NCBI GenBank assembly: GCA_044368655.1
Contig: JBIPPB010000001.1
Location: forward strand, 75,317 to 139,316
Length of the DNA: 64,000 bases
Reading direction: 5' to 3'
Source: Chitinophagales bacterium
GTDB lineage: Bacteria > Bacteroidota > Bacteroidia > Chitinophagales > JADJOU01
The notes under the pieces are model-generated. The model was given only the letters and a program-made list of their open reading frames with translations. It ran no database searches and had not been told where the DNA came from. Shown here piece by piece: positions 9,771-19,600 of the stretch (its first letter is position 1; every line of letters starts with the position of its first letter). The position numbers and the translations under genes are program-made.

Positions 9771-11996
9771 TTACTCATCATCAAAAATTTCTTCAACGGA
9801 TTTTGTAGGTTCGGTAAAATTACAATCCATTTCAAATTTATACGTAGAGTCGGATTCCGAAACAAATGTTTTCTTACGCTTTAAATTTAAACTGGATTCA
9901 TTGTAGGATTTATTTACAAATTTCGCCCAAATAGGAAGCGCACTACTTGCACCTTGTCCCAAGGCGGTCGAAGCAAATGAAATCGAAGGATCGTCAGCGC
10001 CAACCCAAACCGCACAAAGTAATGAAGGCGTGCTTCCGATAAACCATCCATCCGAATTACTCTGGGTTGTTCCCGTTTTTGCCGCAATCTCCATTTTTAG
10101 TCCATATGAACCTCTTAAACGTGAAGCGGTTCCTTTTCCTGTTGTTACGTTTTGCATCATTAAATTCATTAAAATGGCAGTTCTTTGGCTCATTACTTCT
10201 TTAGAAACTCTTTGATTTTGATAAATTACATTGCCGTCTTTATCTTCTATTCGATCAATATAATAAGGTTTTGTATAAATGCCTTTATTCATAAATGGAC
10301 TGTATGCGCCAATCATTTCATAAACTGAAACATCCGTTGTTCCAAGTGAAATGGATGGCACGGCCTCAAAATCAGCTTTTATACCCAACGTTTTTGCAAA
10401 ATCGATTAAGGCATTTGGCCCATATTTTTTAATTATTTGTGCCGCCACACGATTATCCGAAACTTGAAGTCCATCTTTGAGTGAAACCATTTGTCCATCT
10501 ATAAAATTTTTAGAGCCGCGAGGATCCCAACTTTCAAAACCTGGAATATTTGGTGCGTTATATTCGACTTCGGAACATGGTGTTTCTCCTTGCTCTAAAG
10601 CTAATGCATATAAAAATGGTTTTATTGTAGAACCTACTTGACGTTTTGTGCTTTCTTTTACGTGGTCTAGTTTAAAATGATTAAACTGAATACCTCCAAC
10701 CCAAGCTTTAATTTGACCACTGGATGGATCAATAGCACACAAACCCGCATGCAATATTTTTTTGTAATGTTTAATCGAATCTACGATGCTCATTTGAGTA
10801 TCTCGATCGCCATAATGCGTATAAACGCGCATTGGCTTTTTCGTTTTTTCTAGAATTTTTAAAATTTCTTCTTGGGTATTTCCGCTATTTTCCAATGCTT
10901 TATAATCGGGCATTTCTTTTAAGATATTAATAACTAAGTCTGGATTTTTTTTGTCCCCATATTTATACGGATCCCGATTTCCCCATTCTTTTAAAAATGC
11001 TTTCTGTAAGAAAACCATATGTTCTTCCACCGCTTTTTCGGCATGTTCTTGCATTTTAGAATTGATGGTTGTATAAATTCGAAGTCCATCTCTATAAATA
11101 TCATAACTGCTGCCATCAGGCTTGGACAAATCTTCTAAAATATTTTCTAAATCTTTACGAATTTCTTCCCTCAAATAAGGAGCAAGGCCTGTATTGTGCG
11201 AAGTAAGTTTATAATCAATTATTAACGGCAAATTACTTAATGAATCCGCTTCATTTTCGGTAATATATCCATATTTGCTCATTTGATGCAAAACGACATT
11301 TCTTCTTTGTTTCGCATTTTCGGGATTCGATTTTGGATTATAAATTCCAGGCCCTTTAAGCATACCAACCAAAACAGCAGACTCTTCGATTTTAAGACGA
11401 GCAACATCTTTATTAAAATAGGTTTTTGCGGCTTCTTTTAATCCATAACTATTATGTAAAAATGAAACGGTATTAAAATATAATGCAATGATTTCGTCTT
11501 TTGAAAAATTCCGTTCTAACTGAATTGCAATATACCATTCTTTTACTTTTTGTATCGAACGAACAAAAATATTTTTTCGCTCCGAATCGTGAAATAAATT
11601 TTTTGCCAATTGCTGGGTAATGGTGCTCGCTCCCGATTTTTTAGCCAAAAAGAAGGTTCTAAAAAATGCCGTAGAAATTCCTAACAAATCCACGCCAGGA
11701 TGTTCTCTAAATCTAAAATCTTCCGTTGCAATTAGCGCATTTACGGTATGCTGAGGTATGTTTGAATAATTTAACTCCGTTCGGTTTTCAATATAATATT
11801 TTCCCATTTCTTGCAAATCTTCCGTAAATACAATTGAGGAAACGGATTTTTGTGGATTTTTAATATCATCAATTGATGGCAACGCTCCCAGCCATTCTTG
11901 CGAAATCATAAATACTAGAATCAGAATAAAAACAATACCAATTCCTATGGATTTTAAAAAAAATCTAAAATAGTTCCAAAAACGCTCTTTATCCAT
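9771..11996 (-). CDS. mrcA: penicillin-binding protein 1A (bifunctional transglycosylase/transpeptidase)
   Basis: GT51 motifs: ATEDFRFREHPGVD and GASTITQQLAKN. Transpeptidase motifs: STIKP (SxxK), SDN (SxN) and KTGTT. Confidence 0.92.
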   Translation of the reverse strand: MDKERFWNYFRFFLKSIGIGIVFILILVFMISQEWLGALPSIDDIKNPQKSVSSIVFTEDLQEMGKYYIENRTELNYSNIPQHTVNALIATEDFRFREHPGVDLLGISTAFFRTFFLAKKSGASTITQQLAKNLFHDSERKNIFVRSIQKVKEWYIAIQLERNFSKDEIIALYFNTVSFLHNSYGLKEAAKTYFNKDVARLKIEESAVLVGMLKGPGIYNPKSNPENAKQRRNVVLHQMSKYGYITENEADSLSNLPLIIDYKLTSHNTGLAPYLREEIRKDLENILEDLSKPDGSSYDIYRDGLRIYTTINSKMQEHAEKAVEEHMVFLQKAFLKEWGNRDPYKYGDKKNPDLVINILKEMPDYKALENSGNTQEEILKILEKTKKPMRVYTHYGDRDTQMSIVDSIKHYKKILHAGLCAIDPSSGQIKAWVGGIQFNHFKLDHVKESTKRQVGSTIKPFLYALALEQGETPCSEVEYNAPNIPGFESWDPRGSKNFIDGQMVSLKDGLQVSDNRVAAQIIKKYGPNALIDFAKTLGIKADFEAVPSISLGTTDVSVYEMIGAYSPFMNKGIYTKPYYIDRIEDKDGNVIYQNQRVSKEVMSQRTAILMNLMMQNVTTGKGTASRLRGSYGLKMEIAAKTGTTQSNSDGWFIGSTPSLLCAVWVGADDPSISFASTALGQGASSALPIWAKFVNKSYNESSLNLKRKKTFVSESDSTYKFEMDCNFTEPTKSVEEIFDDE

Positions 11997-12072
11997 GATG
12001 TAAAATATTAAAACTTTACAAATATAGACATTTCCTGAAATTTATATTTTTATTTTCTGAAAAGTTTAAACG

Positions 12073-12097
12073 AAATCTAAGATTAGATTTATCTTTG
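12073..12097 (+). promoter_or_regulatory. candidate arsR operator (AAATCTAA-GA-TTAGATTT) fused to a -7 box TATCTTTG
   Basis: Perfect 8-2-8 inverted repeat at 12073-12090. Its last base is the first base of a TAnnTTTG match at 12090-12097, 20 nt upstream of the arsR ATG. Confidence 0.45.
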
Positions 12098-12117
12098 TCG
12101 CTCAGAATTTTATATAA

Positions 12118-12435
12118 ATGACGGAAAATAATACCGATATTCAAGATATTTCACTTTTGGCTAAAGCGATGTCGAATCCTATTCGAATCCAAATTTTAAA
12201 GTTTTTAGCCGAACAAACTTCTTGTTTTCATGGTGACATGGCGGATACTTTGCCTATTGCTAAATCAACCTTATCGCAACATCTCAATGAACTCAAAGAC
12301 GCTAATCTCATTTCGGGCACGATAAGTGGCAATAATGTCAAATATTGTATTAACCTCGAAGAATGGGAAAAAGCACAATCGATATTTAATACTTTTTTTA
12401 AATCCATTGCTTTAAAAGAATCTTGTAAAAAATAA
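12118..12435 (+). CDS. arsR: ArsR/SmtB family transcriptional regulator
   Basis: Winged-HTH block NPIRIQILKFL...IAKSTLSQHLNELKDANLI. First gene of the arsenic operon. Confidence 0.85.
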   Translation: MTENNTDIQDISLLAKAMSNPIRIQILKFLAEQTSCFHGDMADTLPIAKSTLSQHLNELKDANLISGTISGNNVKYCINLEEWEKAQSIFNTFFKSIALKESCKK

Positions 12436-12446
12436 TGATTCGTTTT

Positions 12447-12468
12447 TATACGAACGTTCGTATATTTG
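12447..12468 (+). promoter_or_regulatory. 18-bp perfect palindrome TATACGAACGTTCGTATA overlapping a -7 box TATATTTG, upstream of ACR3
   Basis: Palindrome at 12447-12464. TAnnTTTG match at 12461-12468, 16 nt upstream of the ACR3 ATG at 12485. Confidence 0.4.
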
Positions 12469-12484
12469 CGAACAAATTATTTTT

Positions 12485-13522
12485 ATGACCCCCAAACTTA
12501 AATTTTTAGATCGTTTTCTTACGCTTTGGATATTTTTAGCCATGTTTATTGGCTTAATAATTGGTTACTTTTTTCCTATTGTTAAAGTCATTTTTCAAAA
12601 CTTAAGCGTAGGTGCCACTAATATTCCTTTGGCAATTGGTTTGATTTTAATGATGTATCCTCCTTTGGCAAAAGTTGACTATTCGCTCATTCCAAAAGCA
12701 TTTGAAGATAAAAAATCGATGACGCTATCCTTGTTCTTAAATTGGATTATCGGGCCTTTATTGATGTTTGGATTGGCTATTATTTTTCTTAAAGATTATC
12801 CGGATTATATGATAGGGTTAATACTGATTGGATTGGCACGATGTATCGCGATGGTTATTGTTTGGAATGATTTAGGTGGAGGAAATCGGGAATATGCGGC
12901 TTTATTAATTGCTCTTAATAGTTTTTTTCAGATAATAAGCTATAGTCTTTACGTTTGGATTTTTATTAATATTCTTCCAAATATTTTTGGACTTGGCCAT
13001 TTTAATGTATCGGTATCTATTTTTGAAGTGAGCCAAAGTGTATTGATTTATCTTGGGATTCCATTTCTATTAGGTTATGTTTCAAGAAAATATTTTATCA
13101 AAACAAAAGGAATTACGTGGTATAACACTAATTTTATTCCCAAAATTTCACCTATAACGCTTTATGCGCTTTTATTTACAATAGTTTTGATGTTTAGCCT
13201 AAAGGGCGATCAAATTCTTTCCTTACCCAAAGAAGTTTTATTAGTAGCCACGCCGATGGTGCTTTATTTTATTTTGATGTTTATTTCCAGTTTTTTTATT
13301 AATAAATCGATGGGCGTTGCATATGATAAAAATGCCGCCATTTCTTTTACGGCCACAGGAAACAATTTTGAGCTGGCTATAGCCGTTTCCATAGCGGTTT
13401 TTGGTATTCATTCGCCACAAGCTTTTGTAGGAGTGGTGGGGCCGCTTATTGAAGTGCCCGTGCTGATCTTGCTTGTAAAACTAAGTTTGTATTTTAAAAA
13501 GATTTATTATTCAAAAAAATAA
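12485..13522 (+). CDS. acr3: arsenite efflux transporter, ACR3 family
   Basis: About ten TM helices. Contains the ACR3 signature GLARCIAMVIVWN and the C-terminal VGPLIEVPVL. Confidence 0.9.
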   Translation: MTPKLKFLDRFLTLWIFLAMFIGLIIGYFFPIVKVIFQNLSVGATNIPLAIGLILMMYPPLAKVDYSLIPKAFEDKKSMTLSLFLNWIIGPLLMFGLAIIFLKDYPDYMIGLILIGLARCIAMVIVWNDLGGGNREYAALLIALNSFFQIISYSLYVWIFINILPNIFGLGHFNVSVSIFEVSQSVLIYLGIPFLLGYVSRKYFIKTKGITWYNTNFIPKISPITLYALLFTIVLMFSLKGDQILSLPKEVLLVATPMVLYFILMFISSFFINKSMGVAYDKNAAISFTATGNNFELAIAVSIAVFGIHSPQAFVGVVGPLIEVPVLILLVKLSLYFKKIYYSKK

Positions 13523-13527
13523 TCGTT

Positions 13528-13980
13528 ATGACTTTAAAAGATTTTAAAGAAAAATTGTCGGAAATCCAGCAAATTCAATTTATGACACCCAATGGCAAAT
13601 GGATTGCACCACATTTTCATATTACAGAAATCGGTAAAAAAACAAAAACCTTTTTAGATTGTGGAAACGTATTAAGGAATGAATCTTTTGTTACATTTCA
13701 ATTGTGGCATGCCAATGATTTTGATCATCGACTTATGCCAAACAAACTTTTAGGGATTATCGAAAATAGCGCGGCACTGAATCTTGATGCTTCGCTTTCT
13801 ATAGAAGTGGAATATCAAACAGATACCACGATTGGATTATTTTCATTAGAATTTGAAACGGATACGTTTATGCTAATAGCAAAAGAAACCAATTGTTTGG
13901 CAAAAGACCATTGTGGTATTACGGAATCTGAAATACCTGTTTCAAAAAATACGTGCAGTTCCGACAGCGGATGTTGCTAA
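13528..13980 (+). CDS. DUF6428-like ars-operon protein with a C-terminal cysteine cluster
   Basis: APHFHITEIG...FQLWHANDFDHRL resembles the DUF6428 family seen in Bacteroidota ars operons. The C-terminus is CSSDSGCC. Confidence 0.55.
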   Translation: MTLKDFKEKLSEIQQIQFMTPNGKWIAPHFHITEIGKKTKTFLDCGNVLRNESFVTFQLWHANDFDHRLMPNKLLGIIENSAALNLDASLSIEVEYQTDTTIGLFSLEFETDTFMLIAKETNCLAKDHCGITESEIPVSKNTCSSDSGCC

Positions 13981-13998
13981 TTTTTTAAATATAACAAT

Positions 13999-14598
13999 AT
14001 GTTCCCAAAAATAACCGAAGTTATATCTCAAATCGATTTAGAATCTATTCCTAATGTTCGAAAAGAAATATTAAATCCAATTCGTGAATTTATTCAATCA
14101 AAAATTGAAAAAAACGAAGCAATGGCTTTAAATTTCATTTGTACGCACAATTCGCGCCGTAGTCATTTGTCTCAAATTTGGGCACAAGTCATGGTTGATT
14201 ATTTTGATTTAAAACATATTTATTGTTATTCGGGCGGTACCGAAGCCACGGCTATGTTTCCAAAAATCATCGAAACATTAATATTACAAGGTTTTGAAAT
14301 TGAAAAACTACACGACGCATCCAATTCTATTTATGCTATTAAGTATGACGAAAAAGCGCCTGCAATTATTGGATTTTCTAAAGCGTATCCACATTTTTAT
14401 AATCCAAAGTCTGATTTTGTGGCAATGATGACCTGCAATGATGCCGATGAAAATTGTCCTGTTGTGTTTGGCGCATCTTCTCGCTTTGCATTAAATTATG
14501 AAGACCCTAAACTATATGATGACACGCCAATTATGAACGAAAAATACCTCGAACGCAGCTTACAAATCGCTAGTGAAATGTATTATTTATTTCAATAA
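13999..14598 (+). CDS. arsC: arsenate reductase, LMW-PTP (thioredoxin-coupled) type
   Basis: CX5R P-loop CTHNSRRS, plus the downstream cysteine pair in MTCNDADENCP (C-x6-C), as in S. aureus/B. subtilis-type ArsC. Confidence 0.8.
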   Translation: MFPKITEVISQIDLESIPNVRKEILNPIREFIQSKIEKNEAMALNFICTHNSRRSHLSQIWAQVMVDYFDLKHIYCYSGGTEATAMFPKIIETLILQGFEIEKLHDASNSIYAIKYDEKAPAIIGFSKAYPHFYNPKSDFVAMMTCNDADENCPVVFGASSRFALNYEDPKLYDDTPIMNEKYLERSLQIASEMYYLFQ

Positions 14599-15150
14599 AA
14601 CCAATCGCTGTTGATGACTAAATATGGAGTTGTCAATTTGAATTTGATATTGACCTTTTGGTAAATGATCCAACTGAAGTTGATGTTGCGTTCGGTAGCC
14701 TTTAGATGGCACCTTTTCACGATGTACTTCTTTGCCTAATAAGTCTATAACTCGGATTTGAATCTCGGTCTGCGCGATGGAATGTATATCTAATTTTAAT
14801 TCGCCTTCGATTAACGGAATTGGATAAATTGCCACTTTGAAATCCGGCAACTTCGTCGCGCGTTTCGCAATTACAATTTTACTGTAATCTATTTTTCCGT
14901 CTAAGTCCACTTGCTTGATTCGATAATACAACCATGGTCTTACTTCATTTTCATGTAAAAATTGATATTGCTGTGTTATCGAACTATTACCTGCCGCAGA
15001 AATATTCTCAGATGCATTGTAAAACTGCACCGCATCTTCACTATACTCTACTTCAAAATGGCTCGTATTCTGCTCGCTTGATGTACTCCAAAACATCTGA
15101 TTACCATTTTCTAACGTATTTATAGATATTTTATTCCAAGTTACGGGAAG
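14580..15150. repeat. copy 1 of a 571-nt dispersed direct repeat (3' ends of two T9SS genes)
   Basis: Aligns without indels to 16037-16607 at a constant offset of 1457 nt. Contains a 121-nt patch (14630-14750) with a single mismatch. Confidence 0.9.
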
Positions 15151-15867
15151 AGAGCTTATAGGGACTAATGTTCCTCCAAATGTTAAATTACCTTGTAATC
15201 CTCCCGTTCCATCTAGTGCCTCCGCTCCATATGCATAAAATCGAAAAGTTATTGTTGTTTGACCAAATGTTGTTGTATTAATTTGGTTACCAGCATATCC
15301 AGAATTTGCATCTGGCGTGGTTAATACACCTGATGCGTTTGAAATACTTCCATTAACTGTTCCAACAGTTAATGCATTTCCATAATTATCAACACTCCAT
15401 CGCCATTGAAATCGCCTTGGTCCAGTTCCACTTCTTCCTACTCCAAAATTTAAAGTAGGATTAGAAATAGTAAATCCAGAAGCCGCTGTAATCGTAAACT
15501 CAAAATAATCTGTTAAATCAATAGCTCCTCCAGCCACACCACCATTAGTACTTCCCGTTGTCCAATATGATGCTCTAAAATTACCAACACTTGGACTAGA
15601 TGTTACTCCGTTTTTTGTTAAAGCACTTACTGATAAATTTGATATCGCTGAACCATTGTAAGGAAATGATGTAACGTCAGTGCCTGAACTAAAATTATAT
15701 GTTCCTGTAAACTGACCATAAACATTCCCAACGCCAAGCACCAATATTAAATTCATTACTAGGGCAATCCGTTGATTAAACATCCAATTCAAAAACTGAA
15801 AAATATTTCTTTGAGCAATAGCGGTTATAAGATTTGAAATTCGTTTTAAAAATATATTCGTATTCAT
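14587..15867 (-). CDS. T9SS type A sorting domain-containing secreted protein (paralogous C-terminus to the 2286-aa protein)
   Basis: The last ~185 aa are ~85% identical to the C-terminus of the neighbouring giant protein and end in a Por-secretion-tail-like domain (YPIPL...LPKGQYQIQI...LVLLK). The signal peptide MFNQRIALVMNLILVLGVGNVYGQ suggests the true start may be 15783. The N-terminal ~200-aa domain is unassigned. Confidence 0.8.
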   Translation of the reverse strand: MNTNIFLKRISNLITAIAQRNIFQFLNWMFNQRIALVMNLILVLGVGNVYGQFTGTYNFSSGTDVTSFPYNGSAISNLSVSALTKNGVTSSPSVGNFRASYWTTGSTNGGVAGGAIDLTDYFEFTITAASGFTISNPTLNFGVGRSGTGPRRFQWRWSVDNYGNALTVGTVNGSISNASGVLTTPDANSGYAGNQINTTTFGQTTITFRFYAYGAEALDGTGGLQGNLTFGGTLVPISSLPVTWNKISINTLENGNQMFWSTSSEQNTSHFEVEYSEDAVQFYNASENISAAGNSSITQQYQFLHENEVRPWLYYRIKQVDLDGKIDYSKIVIAKRATKLPDFKVAIYPIPLIEGELKLDIHSIAQTEIQIRVIDLLGKEVHREKVPSKGYRTQHQLQLDHLPKGQYQIQIDNSIFSHQQRLVLLK

Positions 15868-15987
15868 AAAAATTAAATTTGATACGAAATTAGATTAGTT
15901 TTTTGACATGAATTGTTATGAAATAGTTAATGCCATGCTATTTAAGAATTTTTAATAGTTTTAAATGTGTTTTATAAATTTTTATTC

Positions 15988-16023
15988 AAAAAAAAGCCAA
16001 ACAATTGCTTGTTTGGCTTTTTA
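15988..16023 (-). terminator. rho-independent (bidirectional-looking) terminator after the 2286-aa gene
   Basis: Hairpin AGCCAAACAA-TTGC-TTGTTTGGCT (10-bp stem, 15995-16018), flanked by an A8 run on one side and a T run on the other. Lies ~25 nt past the stop at 16044. Confidence 0.75.
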
Positions 16024-16036
16024 ATATTATTATATG

Positions 16037-16607
16037 GTTTAATTTATTTCAATAAAACCAATCGTTGTTGGTGGTTAAATACCGAATTGTCAATTTGAAT
16101 TTGATATTGACCTTTTGGTAAATGATCCAACTGAAGTTGATGTTGTGTTCGGTAGCCTTTAGATGGCACCTTTTCACGATGTACTTCTTTGCCTAATAAG
16201 TCTATAATGCGGATTTGAAGTTCCGTTTGTGCAATGGAATGAATATCTAATGTTAAATCTCCTTCTATTAATGGGATTGGATAGATCAGAACTTTAAAAT
16301 CAGGCAACTTGCTGGCACGTTTGGCGATTACGATTTTACTATAATCTACCTTGCCATCTAAATCAACTTGTTTCACTCGGTAATACAACCATGGTTTCAT
16401 TTCCGATTCGTGTAGAAACTTATAATACTGGGTCGTTGAACTATTTCCTGCAGCAGGTATATTTTCAGAAACCTTATAAAACTGAACGGCATCATCGCTG
16501 TACTCTACTTCAAAATGGCTCGTATTCTGCTCACTCGATGTACTCCAATGTAACTCATTACCTTGTTCTAATACATGAACATCTACTTGGTTCCAAGTTA
16601 CAGGAAG
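16037..16607. repeat. copy 2 of the 571-nt dispersed direct repeat
   Basis: See copy 1. 16087-16207 equals 14630-14750 except for one base. Confidence 0.9.
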
Positions 16608-19600
16608 ACCTACAACACCACCATTGTTAAACAATCCATTGCTTGTAGGTCCAAAGGCAGCACCTCCCGTACCTCCGGAGAAACTCGTAATGCCAGAAAG
16701 CTCTACATAGGTTTGACCATTTAAAGTTCCTACGGCATCTTCGGTCAGTTTAACAATAGTCCCCGAATGGGTATTTCCATTCCAATTCGTAGGACTGTAT
16801 GTTGATGTAACCGTTTTAAACCATTCAAAACCACTCTTAACTGCAAATGTGCTAGGGTTTGTCGTATTTTTTAATACATCATAATCGTCATCACGTTCAT
16901 CCAATAAATCCGTAATATCTTGTGTATCTATAAAAAATCGGACTTTTACACTTGAATTGGATGCAATAGAACCTGATGTAATATTAGCATTCCAGTAACG
17001 ACTCATGATATAACTGGCATGTTCTTGATTGGCACCATTGCTTAAAGTGCTTTTTTGATATTTATTAGTATTATCTACGTTAATATCCACTGTTGCAGTA
17101 AACGTATTACCGTTTTTATGGATACCAAACAACCATTCATCAGGCTTGGCAGCCGAAGCATAATACGTCCAGCCACTGGCATCAGCACATTGCTCTACCG
17201 CACCTGTAGTACTAGCAGAAGCAAGAGTTATTAAGCTATTTGCATTTTTGATGCTATCTACAATACTGTCTCTCAAAGAACAAGCGCCATTGGTAGCCGT
17301 CAAATAGTATTTTTGTGTAGCACTTGGCCTAGCATATACTTTATTCACGGATGTACCCGTATATGCTGTTGTCATCGCTCTATTAGTAAATAAGCCTGTG
17401 GTTGGAGACCAAACGGAACTTGCAATAGGTGCTCTAAATAAATATGATTGCCCCGTAGTTGGTTTAGAACTTATATTATTTGTCTCCGTTGTCATACTAG
17501 CTGTAGGAGCAGTTCCTATGTTATTGAGTGAAATAAAATTACCGGAACCTGTGCTTACGCCTGCCAAACCCACAGAAGCTCCACCTGTGGATCCAGCATT
17601 ATATGCAGTAGCATCGCTTCTATATAAAAATTCAACATTATTGGTACTTTCATATAATTTTGCTTGAAAAGATACCACAGCTCCTGTAGCCTGCCAATTC
17701 CATCTTACATTATTCCATTCTACCGTAAACACACGATTTGGCGAAGTTCCTTCTAACTTATATGAAGCGCCTCCTGAGGCTAAATCCATATCATCCCAAA
17801 GTGGCGCAATCAATGGCCTAACTGTTGTTGATGAAGACATTAAACTATTTGAAGGTGCATTTACTGCACTGGCATTAAAAGACACAAATCCATTGGTAGA
17901 AACATATACATTCGAATAATTTGTTCCTGCAAAATTGAATGAAAATCCGATAGGAATAGCTGAAGAAATATCATCATCTGTAGAAGAAGAAACAAATGAT
18001 ACAGCTGTAGCACCCGATAAAGGTGTATAGGTAGATGAACTAGGTACTAATGTATACGAATTTAAACTTGTAATTGGTAAAACACCTCCACTCACCTCTA
18101 AACTATCCAAATCAGAAAAACATTTTGCGGTTGTTCTTCCTTGAGATAATGTAATGGTAGTTGGCAAGGCATCGACTGTAACGGTTCTGGTCAACATATT
18201 GCTACATCCTGTCCCTGAATTAGTGGCACTTAATGTATATGTAGTAGTAGCTGTAGGATTAAATATAGCCGAAGTAGTTCCTGAAACGCCAGAAGCTGGT
18301 GACCATGAATAAGAAGTATAGTCAGCTAATGTTGAGGTTACATTCACTGTTGCAGAAGAACCATTGCAAATTGTAAAATTATTAGAATCTACAGATAAAG
18401 CAGGAGCGTTCGTAAAGGTTATATTTGTAGCATTTGTAGCCGTAGCTATATTGTTTGTAATACTTGTTGTTCCATTTAATGGCGTAGCAATTGTTTTTAA
18501 CAAACGAGTACTGGAAGTACTGTCAAATGGAAGTAAGGATTGAGAACCTATTGTAGCAGAACTGATATCATTCATTTCACTACCAATAATTACAATCTTA
18601 GTGTTTCCTCCACAAGCATTAGAAGAAGTTACAGCAGTAATTGTTGGAGCCGGTGTCTGCTCTACAATAAAACTATCAACAAAAAAGTCTATATCTGACG
18701 AACCATCTGCAGCACCTTCAACGCCCATAAATGCAATACGTATATTTTGACCTGAATAGGCCGATAAATCAATTCTTTCGGTTTGCCCCAAATGTGAAGG
18801 CAGATTTGAAGATTTAAATGTTTTAAGAATTGACCAGCCTGAATATCCTGAAGTTGAAATCATAACACATACTGAATCATCTGTCTCCCAAGCTGTTGTA
18901 GGAGCCGTTGTCGCTCCAAATTGAGTCGCACCAACACTATATTTTAACCTATAACCCGATGCAGGAATAGTAAAACTTGGAGAAATCAACCAATTAATCT
19001 GAGCTGTGGAAAAAATATTAATCCTAGCTGCTCCTAATGAGCCATTATTTAAAAAACCATCAGCAGACCATTTACTTGCAGTAGAACTTATTGTTGATGG
19101 ACCATTAATAATATTACCTGAAAGTCCTTCGTTCCAACAAATAGATGGAAGATACGTTGTAAATAATTCTGTATGAGGTAGCGTTGTAATTGCATTACAA
19201 TCCGAAGCCTGAGTCAACGTAGTTGAATACGAACTTTCACAACCTGCTCCATCAACAGCTTTAATTCTAACAAAATAGGTTGTAGAGGCATTCAAGCCAG
19301 ACAATGAAAAGACTTGAGCTCCAGCATTTACAGGAATTCCTAATGCAATGTTTTGATACCCTGAAACAAAATTCGTAAAAGTGCTATTCAAAGCCACATC
19401 CATAAAATGATCTTGAACACCTGCCGAAGTTGATGCTGTATAATTAATATCCATACTGGTTGTGGTAATATTTGAAGCGGATATACTTGTGGGAGCACTA
19501 TATGCTGTTCCACAAGTGGTTATCGTTTCATCATAAGAAGTAGCATTGTAAGCAGGACCTGCACAACCCGTGTTGTTAAATGAATAAATTTTATATGTAT

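Noticed and set aside
12000-14600. The arsenic operon as a mobile genomic island.
   Set aside because: There is no integrase, transposase, tRNA target or flanking direct repeats. The only nearby repeat belongs to the T9SS gene pair. It may still be horizontally acquired, but the sequence gives no direct evidence.
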